From an uncultured Chloroflexia bacterium (GTDB lineage Bacteria; Chloroflexota; Limnocylindria; Limnocylindrales; CSP1-4), in contig CAVRKB010000001.1 of the NCBI GenBank assembly GCA_963721545.1, positions 38,131 through 102,130 on the forward strand: a stretch of 64,000 nucleotides of DNA, written 5' to 3'. Shown here piece by piece: positions 23,392 through 34,299 of the stretch (position 1 is its first letter; the number at the start of each line of letters is the position of its first letter). The notes under the pieces are model-generated. The model worked only from the letters and a program-made list of their open reading frames with translations, made no database searches and was not told where the DNA came from. The position numbers and the translations under genes are program-made.

Positions 23392-24397
23392 TCAGTTCTT
23401 GAGGTCGTCCGCCATGTCGGCCAGCGCGCCGGCGGAGCCGATCTCCTCCATGCCCACGGCGGCCTCGGCAAGCCCGGCGGCCCCGACCTCGACCGCGGTT
23501 CGGCGGACGGCCTCGCCGACCTCCATCTCCTCGAAGCCTTCGTAGGCCAGCGCAGCGCCGTCCTCCGCCAGCTCGTCGCCGCGCTCGGCGAGGCCCTCGG
23601 CCACGACGATCCGCGCCACGCCCTCCGCCGCCTCGGTCGCACCGAGGATCTCGACCCGCTCGCCGGTCTCGGCGAGGGCCCGGGCGATCGCCCGGGTGCC
23701 GCCGGCGCGGACGATCGAATCGACCGACACGTCGAGGAGCTGGTCGCCGCGATCGGCGAGGAACGCGGCCAGGACGGGCATCCCGATCCGGCTCACGACG
23801 ATCGCCACCGCGCTGAGCTCGCCGCTGACCCGCGCCACCTGGAGCCCGCGATCGAGGTCGTCCTCGCTGATCGCCCCGACGACGGCGCCGAGGATCGCGA
23901 TGTCCTCCGAGGTCGCGAGCAGCTGCGCACCCTGCTCGACGTCGTTGATCCCGGCGGCCGCGACGACGTCGCCGAGCGCGGCCACACGACCGGCTACGAC
24001 GAGCTCGTCCGCGCCGCGGGTGAGGTCGCTGGCGCCACGCACCACCGACGCACGGCCGGCTGCGGCCGCGTCGGCCGCTGCGGCCGCGACTTCCATGCCG
24101 GCCACGACACGCGCGGTGCCGTCGATCGCCTCGGCCTGGGCAGCCGTCCGCGCGAGCTCTGCGGTCGCCTTCGCGCTGGCCTTGCCGCGGGCCTTGGTCG
24201 GGGCCTTCGTCTTGGCCTTGCTCGCGCCGCCCTTGGCCGCGGCGCCCTTGGCCGCGGCGCCCTTGGCCGCGGCGGTCGGCGCCTTGGTGCTGGCCGTCGC
24301 CGCCGTCGCCGGCCTTCGCCGTCGCCTTCGTTGCCGCCTTGGCCGCCGCGCTGGCCTTCGCCGGGCGCTTGCCGCTGGATGCCGTCTTCGCTGCCAT
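23392..24397 (-). CDS. Hypothetical protein with Ala/Lys-rich N-terminus and acidic helical C-terminus
   Basis: MAAKTASSGKRPAKASAAAKAATK..; AGGAGG RBS; one indel near 24300 joins the two frames. Confidence 0.65.
24230..24274. repeat. 3 x 15-bp tandem repeat CCCTTGGCCGCGGCG (AAAKG-type units)
   Basis: Direct reading: copies at 24230-24244, 24245-24259 and 24260-24274. Confidence 0.9.
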
Positions 24398-24578
24398 GAC
24401 TGGTCCCTCCTGAGCCCCACCCGTCGACGCGCGTGGCGCGGACCGTGAGGCTAGCACGCGATCGCGATGACGATGTCGGCGCGGCTTCGGCGGAGCGCGC
24501 CGGCGCGAAACCGCTCGTTCCCGGGTGTGTCGCCTGCTACCCTTCGGTCCCGCCCAAAGGGCAGGGATGGAGGGGACC

Positions 24579-25886
24579 GTGGACACGACGACGACGCCTA
24601 CGACGACGGAACCGGCACGCCCGCCGGCGCGCCGCTCGCGGCGAATCCTGGCCGGGATCGCGCTGGTCCTGGCCTGCCTGTTGATCCTGGTCACGACCGT
24701 CATGGTCTGGGCCCACCAGGTTGCGTTCAACACGGACCGGTTCACCGCGCCTGGTGACGACCGTCGTGGACGAGCCGGCGGTCATCGACCCGCTCGCCGA
24801 CGCGATCAGCACGCAGGTCGTCGACGCGATCGGCGTCGAGGCGCGGGTCTCCGCTCGCCTCCCGGAGGCGATGCTGCCGCTGGCGGCTCCGCTGACGGAG
24901 GCCGTCCGCGAGGCGATCGACAGGCGGCTCCAGGTCGCCCTCAAGGACTCGCGCATCCAGCAGGCGCTGGTCAACACCGTCGCGTTCGCCCATGAGCAGG
25001 TCATGCGCCTGCTGCGCGAGGGAATCCGATGCCGTGAGCGTGGTCGACGGCTACGTCGTCATCGAGGTCTTCCCGGTCGTCGGCGCGGCCCTCGCCGAGC
25101 TCCAGTCGATGGGCATCCTGCCCGCCGACATCCAGCTGCCCGACCTGTCCAACCCGGAGGCGCCGGGCGTCCTCGCCGGGCGGCTCGAGACCGCGTTGGG
25201 CGTGACCCTGCCTGAGACGTTCGGGACGATCCAGCTGATGCCCGCCGACCGGCTGCTCACCGCGCGCACCGTCGTCCGCGTGCTCGATCTCGCGGTCATC
25301 CTGCTGATCGTCCTGAGCTTCCTGCTCGTGGCCCTCGCGATCTGGCTGGCGCGCGATCGCCGCCGGATGCTGATCTACGTGGCGATCGGCACGATCATCG
25401 CGTTCCTGCTGGCCCGCCTCGCCATCAACGCCGGGGTCAACGCGATCATCGGGGGGATCGCCGACGAGGGGCTCGCCGGCGCCGTCCGGTCCGTCGTCGA
25501 CGCCACGGTCGCCGACCTCCGCGGCCTGACGACGGTCATCCTCATCGCAACCGGGATCGTGGCCATCGCGGCCTACCTGGCCGGGCGTCCCGCCTGGCTC
25601 AACGCGGCCGGCTCAAAGGCGAGCGCGACCGCCGGCCAGGCCGGATCGGTGGCCATGGCCATGGGCAGCGACGGGGTTGCGGCCGCCGGCGCCCGGCGCC
25701 CGACCCGCGACACGCTCGAGACGACCCTCCGCGACAACCGTCAGGCGGTCGAGCGCATCGGCATCGGCGTGATCGTGTTCATCGTCGCCTGGATCGCGCT
25801 CGGAATCGAGGTCGCGCTCGTCGGCGCGGCCCTGGTCGATCGGCTTCGAGCTGATCCTGCGGGCGCTGTCCTCGGACGAGGTCTGA
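24579..25886 (+). CDS. Hypothetical integral membrane protein (frameshifts)
   Basis: Multiple TM segments; WAHQVAFNTDRF; GC-rich codon usage across three frames. Confidence 0.65.
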
Positions 25887-25902
25887 GCCAGGACCCCACG
25901 TC

Positions 25903-26207
25903 CTACGGGGCGGCGTCCCCGTCGTACTGGCTGAACGTGGCGGAGCGCGGTTACCGAACGCGCTGCTGCCGTACGAGGCGATGTCCACGGCCAGCCCGAT
26001 GGCCAGCCACAGCCAGTCGAGCCCCTCGATGCCGCCCGGGAAGACGATCACGTACATGATCGTGGTCCATGGCAGGAACAGGATGCCGATGATCGGGATG
26101 AATGCCGACTGGAAGGTGAGCGCCCAGCGCTGCGGCTCGACCAGCCACCAGAAGAAGATGACGGCTCGTGGTCCGAGTAGGACGAAGATCGCGAGGAGCA
26201 GGCACAT
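25903..26207 (-). CDS. Small hypothetical membrane protein
   Basis: MCLLLAIFVLLGPRAVIFFWWL..IGILFLPWTTIMY..DWLWL; 3' end needs one indel. Confidence 0.7.
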
Positions 26208-26294
26208 GACGACGACCCTCCAACGTGGTCGCCGACGGCGGTTGGCCCGGGACCGCCGCCACTGTACAGGAGCGTGCGCGCCGCGCGGCGGTCG

Positions 26295-28209
26295 TCAGGC
26301 GGGCGCCGCGACCGCCAGCTTCTCGATCCGGATGGCCGTCGCCTTGAACTCGGCCGTGCCCGACTTCGGGTCGGTCGCGTCGATCGTCAGCAGGTTGACG
26401 GCCACGTCGTCCTGGAAGTGCAAGGTCATGAACGTCAGCCCTGGCCGCAACGACGGGTCGATCCGGATGGGAACCTCGACCTGGCCGCGGCGCGACACGA
26501 CGCGCACCGCCTCGCCTTCGGCCAGCTCGTAGGCGGCGGCGTCCTCCGGGCTGATGTCGAGGCTCTCGCCGCGGCGGAGCGGCGAGGTGTAGCCCGCGGT
26601 CTGGACGCCGGTGTTGTACGAGTCGAGGCGCCGGCCGGTGGTCAACCGGATCGGGTAGTCGTCGGTCAGCTTGTCGACCGGTGGGTCGTGGTCGACCGGC
26701 ACGAACGGGACGCGGTTGCCGGGCACCGGGTCTTCCCACAGTCGCGAGTGGAGGAACAGCTCGCCGGGATGCGTCTCGTCGTAGCACGGCCACTGGATCC
26801 CGCCGAGGTCCTCGAGGCGCCGGTAGCTCATCCCGGCGTGGACCGGGGACAGGCGGCGGACCTCGTCCCAGACGGCCTCGGGAACGGCGGCGCCCCAGCC
26901 GGCGCCCATCCGGTTGGCGATGTCGAAGATGATCTCGAGGTCGTCGCGCGCCCCGGGCGGTGGGTCGACGGCCTTGCGCACGCGCTGGACGCGCCGCTCC
27001 GAGTTGGTGACGGTGCCCTCCGACTCGGCCCAGGCCGCGGTCGCCGGCAGGACCACGTCGGCCAGCTCCGCGGTCTTGGTCAGGAACAGATCCTGGACGA
27101 CCAGCATGTCGAGGCCTTCGAGCAGGTGGATCGCCCGCTTCTGGTCGGCCTCGGACTGGACCGGGTTCTCGCCGATGCAGTAGACCGCGGTCAGGTCGCC
27201 CCGCTCCATCGCGTCGAACATGCCCGACAGGTGCCAGCCGCGCGCCGGCGGGACCGTGACGCCCCACTCGGCATCGAACTTCGCGCGCAAGCACATCGTT
27301 CTCGACATGCTGGAAGCCGGGCAGGCGGTCGGGGAGGGCGCCCATGTCGCCGCCGCCCTGGACGTTGTTCTGGCCACGCAACGGGTTGACGCCGCTGCCG
27401 TACCGGCCGACATGCCCGGTCAGCAGGACGAGGGAGATGAGGGCCAGCACGTTGTCGACCGCGTTGTGGTGCTCGGTGATCCCGAGCGTCCAGCAGATCA
27501 TCGCCCGCGGGGCCGTGGCGAAGGCGTGGGCCAGCTCGCGGATGGCCTCGGCCGGGACGCCGGTCTCGCTCTCGGCGTACTCGAGCGTGTACGACTCGAC
27601 CTTCGCCTTGTACGCGTCGAAGTCGACGGTGGCGCGCTCGATGAACTCGCGGTTCTCGAGGCCGGCGTGGATGATCTCGCGGGCCATCGCGTTGGCAAGG
27701 GCGATGTCGCTGCCGACGTCGAGCCCGAGCCAGATGTCGGCCCACTCGGCGGACGACGTCCGGCGCGGGTCGACCGCGTACAGCCGGGCGCCCTTGCGGA
27801 CCCCCTTGAGCAGGTGATGGAAGAAGATCGGATGCGTCTCGCGGGCGTTGCTGCCCCACAGGACGATCAGGTCCGTATCCTCGGCCTCACGGTATGAACT
27901 TGTGCCGCCACCGGCACCGAACACGGTCGCCAGACCGGCGACGCTAGGGGCGTGTCACGTCCGGTTGCAGCTGTCGATGTTGTTGCTGCCCAGGACCGCC
28001 CGGCTGAACTTCTGGGCCGCGAAGTTGACCTCGTTGGTCGCCTTGCTGCAGCTGAAGGTGCCGAATGTCGTCGGGCCGTGAGCCGCCTTCGCGGCCCGGA
28101 ACCCTTCGACGGTCCGGTCGAGCGCCTCGTCCCACGTCGCGGGTCGAAGCTCGCCGCCCTTCGTGTCGCGGACGAGGGGCTGGGTCAGTCGCACGTAGGG
28201 TTTCGCCAA
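26295..28209 (-). CDS. fdhF: Formate dehydrogenase catalytic subunit, selenocysteine-containing (UGA at 27955-27957; one indel near 27290)
   Basis: NNIDSCNRT-UGA-HAPSVAGL matches FdhF ARV-U-HGPSV; GSNARETHPI, PLRGQNNVQGGGDMGALP, LTTGRRLDSYNTG, AEFK; TTG start with GGAGG RBS. Confidence 0.93.
27926..27942 (-). promoter_or_regulatory. Bacterial SECIS element
   Basis: GUCGCC-GGUCU-GGCGAC perfect 6-bp stem starting 13 nt after the UGA, similar to the E. coli fdhF SECIS apical GGUCU region. Confidence 0.85.
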
Positions 28210-28274
28210 GGCGTGGCCTCCTGCGGGTTCGACAGGGGGAGTGTAGAGCGGGCCGGTCGTGGCGGGCGAACGGC

Positions 28275-30388
28275 TCAGCCGCCGCGTGACGCCTTGGCGC
28301 TCCGCGCTCCGCTCGGCCGCCCGGACTGGGCCTTGGTCACGGGTCCGTCGAGCTTGACCCGGCCGCGGCCGAAGGCATCGATCCTGCCCCAGCGACCGGG
28401 GATGTCGAGCAGCTCGAGGTGGCCGATCGCGTCGGGCAGGGCCGCGTCGACGACGAGGTGGTCGCCGATCGGCTCGAGCCCGAGCATCGTGCGCAGCAGC
28501 AGCAGCGGCGCACCGGTCGACCAGGCCTGCGGGCTGCAGGCCGTCGGGTACTGGACCGGGTACTTCGTCACCGACCGGTCGTAGCCGCCGAACGCCTCCG
28601 GCAGGCGCCCGTCGAACAGCGCGGCGGCGTCAAGGATGTCCCACGCGATGCGGGCCGCCTCCTCCTTGAACCCGTAGCGCCGCAGGCCCCAGGCGATGAA
28701 CGAGTTGTCGAACGGCCAGACCGTCCCGAGGTGATAGCCGATCGGGTTGTAGCGGGCCTCGCCCTCGGCCAGCGTTCGCACGCCCCAGCCCGAGTACAGC
28801 CGCGGCCCCATCAGGTGGTCGACGACCGACTTCGCCTTCGCCGTGTCGACGATCCCGCTCCACAGGAGGAGCCCGTTGTTCGACGCGAGCGAATCGACCT
28901 GGCTGCCGTCGGCGTCGAGGGCGATCGCGAAATACCCGCGATCGGCCAGCCAGAAGTCGCGGTTGAAGCGCCGCTTGAGGTCGTGCGCCTCCGCTCGAGC
29001 CGGTCTGCGAAGGCCGGGTCGTTCCAGACCAGCCGCGCCAGCCGCGCGCCACGCAGCTTCGCGTCGTAGGCGTAGCCCTGGAGCTCGCACGTCGCCCGCG
29101 GGAAGCTCGGCAGCCGGCCGTCGCTGTACGAGATCGAGTTCCAGGAATCCTTCCACGACTGGTTCTCGATCCCGGTCTGCTCGTTGCGCCGCTTGTACGA
29201 GATGTAGCCGTTGCCCATGAGGTCGGCGTACTCGTCGATCCAGTTGAGGGCGGCGCGGGCCTCGAACTCGAGGTCGCGGACCAGCTTCCTGTCGCCGGTC
29301 CAGCGCTCGTACTCGTCGAGGAGCACGACGTACAGCGGGGTCGCGTCGACCGAGCCGTAGTAGGGCGAGTGCGGGCGCTCCTCGAACGCCGCCATCTCGC
29401 CGTATCGCATCTCGTGCAGGATCCGGCCGGGATCCTCATCGCGGAAATCGTCACGACGACTGCCCTGCCAGTTGCCGAGCACGCGCAGGGTCGTGGCCGC
29501 CAGCTCGGGCGTGAACGGGAGCGACTGCAGGCTGGTGAAGATGCTGTCGCGGCCGAACATCGTCATGAACCACGGCAACCCCGCGGCCGGCAGGCTCTTC
29601 CCGCCGGCAACGGGCGGCGAGAACCGGAGGGCCGCCAGGTCGATCAGGCTGCGCTGGTACGTGGCCTTCAGCGGCGCGAGGTCGCATTCGAGGCGGGGAG
29701 CGCCTCCGATCCACCGTTCGAGGCCGCCCTCCAGGTTCGGGCGGGCCTGCTTTCGGCCGCGTTGGTACTTCGGTTTCGCGTAGGTACCGGCGGCGCCGGC
29801 ACGCGTCGTGACGACGTCGAGATCGGTCGTCCAGCTGCCGTGCGGCTCTAACCGGACGGCGAACGTCAGGCCGTGCTCGTCGACGCTGGCCGGTGCCGAG
29901 GCGGAGATGACGGTCTCGCGCTTGAACGTCTCGCGGGCGTACTGGAGGTGCAGCCGGCCGTCCTCGATCCGCGTGGCGTAGTCGCCCACCTTCTTGAGCG
30001 CGTCCTTGACCTCGAACAGGTCGGCGAAGTCGCTGGCCGCATCGATCCGGATCGTGAGCTCCACCGGCTCGCTCTCGTGGTTGAGGACCGTCAGCTCCTC
30101 GTGGAACCCGTCGCCGACGGAGCGCTCCCGGATGACCGACAGCTTGGCGTCGATGTAGACCGTGCCGGTCCCGGGCACCAGGAAGAACCGCGACTGGAAG
30201 TACTGGAGGTCATCGACCGACAGGGAGTTCAGCTTCTGTCCGTCGACCGTCAGCACCCACTTCGACAGGAACCGCGTGTCGAACGAGAAGAGACCCGTCG
30301 GCTCGGTCGGCGAGGCCTCGACGTCGCCGCGCTCGTCGCACACGACGAAGGTGTTCCCGTCCAGGATCCTGACCGTCTGCGTGGCCAT
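28275..30388 (-). CDS. Amylo-alpha-1,6-glucosidase (glycogen debranching GDE_N_bis + GDE_C; frameshift near 28995)
   Basis: GLFSFDTRFLS, AAGLPWFMTMFGRDS, PGRILHE.R, YYGSVDATPL, QSWKDS, YHLGTVWPFDN, ACSPQAWS. Confidence 0.9.
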
Positions 30389-30390
30389 CG

Positions 30391-30768
30391 TCAGCCCCTC
30401 CGCTTGCCGACGGTTCGAGCGGACGCCGTCATCTTCCGCTCGGTCGGCGCCGGAAAGAGCCGCTGGAAGCGGATCAGGAGCTCCGGCTCACCGTCCGCCT
30501 GGAGCTGGCCGCGCAGCAACGCGGCCATGGCGTTGGCCCGGCCACGGGCCAGGTCGTCGAACAGGCTCGCGTCGGCGCGGACGACGCAATCGGCTGCGTC
30601 GGCGGCGCGCGCGACCGTGACGGCACCTCGCCGGAATTCGACGCGCCAGTGCTCGGTGGTGTCGTCCCGGGTCAGGTCGAACCGGACGCTGCCGGTCGTG
30701 CGACCAAACCCCGGCTCAAGGCCGCGCGCAGCGAGCCCGTCGAAGAACTCCGATGTCGCAGTAGCCAT
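30391..30768 (-). CDS. SCP2 sterol-binding-like domain protein
   Basis: GSVRFDL..HWRV..ADCVV..F..G..NAMAALLRGQLQADG...L..FQRLFP. Confidence 0.8.
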   Translation of the reverse strand: MATATSEFFDGLAARGLEPGFGRTTGSVRFDLTRDDTTEHWRVEFRRGAVTVARAADAADCVVRADASLFDDLARGRANAMAALLRGQLQADGEPELLIRFQRLFPAPTERKMTASARTVGKRRG

Positions 30769-30829
30769 TGCGATCCCCCAATCGCTCGTCGATCGAATGA
30801 TAGGCCCCTCCTCAGAGGAGCGTCCGGGA

Positions 30830-33003
30830 TCAGGACTCCCGCCCGCCGCGCTCGAAGAACAGCCGGAACAGGACCACGAAGCTGACGACGAGGGTGACCG
30901 CGAAGGCGATCATGGCGGCATAGGCCAGGCCCTGGAACTGGGTCAGCGACGGCTGGAGCATGATCGCCATCACGATCGCGGTGCCGATCAGCTGGCCGAC
31001 GACGATCACCCCGACCGTCGCCTGGCGGCCGATCTCGCTGACGCTCGAGATCGACTTCTCGAGGCCCTTGGTGTCGACCTCGACGACGAACTTGCCCTTG
31101 TTGTACTGGTCGAGCCAGCTGAGCGTTGCGGCCTCGAGCGACGGCACCCGGCGGGCGAGCTCCTTGCCGATCCGCACGGCGCTGCCCTGGAGCTGCTTCT
31201 GGATCTTCTCCGGCGTGAAGTTCTCGAGCAGCGCCGCCCGCGCCTCGACGACGGCGGCTTCGCCGAGGTCGATGTCGAATGACAGGGCGCGCGCCGTCTC
31301 CTCGGACTGGATGACGGCCTTCATCGCCAGCGTCAGCTGGCTGTCGAGGCGGTAGCCCGTTGTCGAACACGGCACCGAGGAAGGCCCCGAGCGCGTTGCC
31401 GAGCGAGCTCGCCTTGCCGTAGATCAGGTACTGGCGGGCGAGCCGGTCGATGTCGTCGCGGAAGCCGGCCTCGTCGAACTCGTGCGTCGGCTTGCCAAGG
31501 GCGAGCAGGCCGTCGCCGATCCCCGGGATGTCGACCTCCTTGATCGAATAGATCAGGCCCAGCAGGTCCACGCGCTGCTGGGCGTTGAGCTGCCCGACCA
31601 GCCCGAGGTCGAGGAAGATGATCTGCTTCGAGATCGGGTTGGCCAGGATGTTGCCCGGGTGTGGGTCGCCATGGAAGAACCCGTCGACCAGGACCTGCTT
31701 GATGATCGAGCGGATGAAGACCGTCCCGAGCTCCGCGGTGTCGAAGCCCGCTTCGCGCAAGCGCGTCCGCCTTCGAGATCTTGATCCCGTTGACGAACTC
31801 CATGGTGATGACCCGATGCCCCGACAGCTCGTCGTAGACGATCGGGATGTGGATCTCGGGGAAGCGGGCCATGCCGTCCGCCAGGCGGCGGGCGTGGTAG
31901 GCCTCGTTGCGGTAGTCGAGCTCCTTGAGCACGCCTTTCGCGAACTCGTCGACGACGCCGCGCAGCCCGACCTTGCGGGCCGTCGCCAGCCGGCGCTCGG
32001 CGAGTGACGCGAGCTCCTGCATGACCCCGAGGTCGGCCTGGGTCTTGGCCTGGATCCGCGGCCGCTGGACCTTGACCGCGACCAGCGTCCCGTCGTGGAG
32101 CGTTGCCTGGTGGACCTGGGCCGTGGAGGCGGCCGCGAAGGGCACCGGGTCGAACGTGGCGTACAGCGCCTCGGGCGGCGCCCCGAGCTCCTTCCTGACG
32201 ATGAGCACGACGTCGTCGTAGCCGAACGGGGCGGCTTCGCTCTGGAGCTTCGACAGCTCCGCGATCCACTCCGGCGACAGGACGTCGCTCCTGCTGGCCG
32301 CCATCTGGCCGATCTTCACGTAGGTCGGGCCGAGCTGCTGGAGCATCGCCCGGATCCGGGCCGGGCCGCTGGGGTCGTCGATGACCGAGCGGTCCCCCAG
32401 CACGACCCGGGCGAACCAGCGCCGTACGGAGCCGATCGGCGTGTCCGCCAGCGCGATGTCGAGGCTGGTGGTGTAGATCGCGTTGTAGACCTGCCCGAGG
32501 CGCAGGTTCTCGATGATGACGTTGCGGCGTGGCGTCGGCAGGCGCTCCAGGAACCCCCAGATGCCACGGCTCCGATCGGCGGACAGGTCCGGTCGATTGA
32601 GCCCGAGAACGGCGTCGAGGACCGTCGACAGCCCGGTGTACAGCGCCGCGGCGACGATGACCCAGAGCAGCGTCGGGTCGGCGACGATGCCGATCTTGAT
32701 CGGGGACAGGACGGACGTGATCCAGATCGCGATCGCGTTGATGATCACCACGAACAGGCCCATCGTCGAGAACAGCAGGCGCCCGGTCAGCGCCATGATG
32801 GTCGGTCGGGCAAAGCGATTGACCAGGACGAGGATGGCCGCCCAGGTCAGGAATCCGATGACGCCGGCGTTGTTGAGCCGGATGATCGGGGCGGACGTCG
32901 GCCCGAACGGGAATGGCTGGGCGATCGAGATGGCGCCGAGCAGGAGGACGATGACGAAGAGGAGGAGGGCGTCGAGCACGACCTCGACGATGAATCGGCG
33001 CAT
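30830..33003 (-). CDS. ABC1/UbiB (AarF) atypical kinase with N-terminal 4-TM holin-like domain and C-terminal TM pair (frameshifts)
   Basis: LQQLGPTYVKIGQ, PFAAASTAQVH.A, VAVKVQRP, ELDYRNEA, DGFFHGDPHPGN, LDLGLVG. Confidence 0.85.
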
Positions 33004-33103
33004 CTTGCCCTCCCCTGAGTCGGCGGTCCGGCGGGCACCTGGGCCCGGTGTGAACGCCCATTGTCGGCCACGCGAGGCCGTCCCGGCACGCGGCCGGGCG
33101 GCC

Positions 33104-34163
33104 CTAGGTCAGGGTGACGCGCGCCTCGCCGGCATCGACGCGTCCGATCCACCAGCGCTCGATGCCGGCGGCCTCGAACGCGGCCTCGAGGATCTCGACC
33201 CGGTCGGCCGGGACCGCGGCCAGCAGCCCGCCCGAGGTCTGCGGATCGTGGGCGAGCGTGACGAGCTCCGCCGTCACGGCCTCGCCGACGGCGAGCGAGC
33301 CGGCCACGAAACCGGCGGTTGTGGGCCGCGCCGCCGGTCTCGACTCCGGCCGCGGCGAGCGCGAGGGCGCCCGGCAGTGCCGGCAACGCCGCGGCGTCGA
33401 ACACGAATCGCGTGCCGGACGCGCGGGCCATCTCCAGCCCGTGCCCGAGCAGCCCGAACCCGGTCACGTCGGTCGCCGCCCGGACGCCGGAGGCGACGAG
33501 CGCCTCGGAGGCAGGGCGGTTGAGCCGGCGCATGGCGTCGATCGCGGTCGCCAGGTCGGCCCCGCTCGTCTTGCCCTGGCGCGAGCCGGACACGAGCACG
33601 CCGGTCCCGAGCGGCTTGGTCAGCACGAGCCGATCGCCCGGCCTGGCGCCGCCCTTGCGCAGCAGCCGGTCGGGATGGGCGGCGCCGATGACCGCCAGCC
33701 CGTACTTCGGCTCCGGGTCGCGGATCGTGTGGCCTCCGGCCAGCGTGCCGCCCGCCTCGCGGACCTTCGACGAGGCGCCGCCGAAGATCTCGGTCAGCAC
33801 GTCACGCGGCAGGTCCTCGGGAAACGCCGCGATCGACAGTGCGAAGAGCACCCGTCCGCCCATCGCGAAGACGTCGGACAGGGCATTGGCCGCCGCGATC
33901 TCCCCGAAGGTCCGCGGGTCGTCGACGAGCGGCGGGAAGAAGTCGAGCGTGCCGATGATCGCGAGGTCGTCGCTGACCCGGTAGGCGGCGGCATCGTCGG
34001 GCGGGTTCAGCCCGGCGATCAGCGCACCGGGGGCATCCGCGGCGGCCTCGGCGCCCAGCCCAGCGAGCGCGTCCGCAAGCAGGTCGGCCCCCAGCTTCGC
34101 GGCACAGCCGCCGCAATCGGTCAGCTCGGTCAGGCGGAACGGCGGGGGCTCGATCGCGGTCAC
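33104..34163 (-). CDS. selD: Selenide, water dikinase (frameshift near 33310)
   Basis: LTDCGGCAAKLG, DDAAAY, TLDFFPPLVDDP..FGEIAAANALSDVFAMGG, GGHTI, TDVTGFGLLGH, DPQTSGGLL. Confidence 0.93.
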
Positions 34164-34192
34164 GCGACCGATGATACGGCTACCATCGCGAC

Positions 34193-34289
34193 GGGAGCGG
34201 TCGGGTCCCGGTGGGTCCCCTGGTCTTCAAAACCAGTGGCGCGGCGCTCGGCGCGGCGCGGTGGGTTCGACTCCCACGCGTTCCCGCCA
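34193..34289 (+). tRNA. selC: tRNA-Sec (anticodon TCA)
   Basis: Anticodon arm CTGGT-CTTCAAA-ACCAG, long variable arm, T arm GTGGG-TTCGACT-CCCAC, acceptor GGGAGCG/CGTTCCC, encoded G-CCA; 97 nt. Confidence 0.95.
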
Positions 34290-34299
34290 CGGAGGCACC

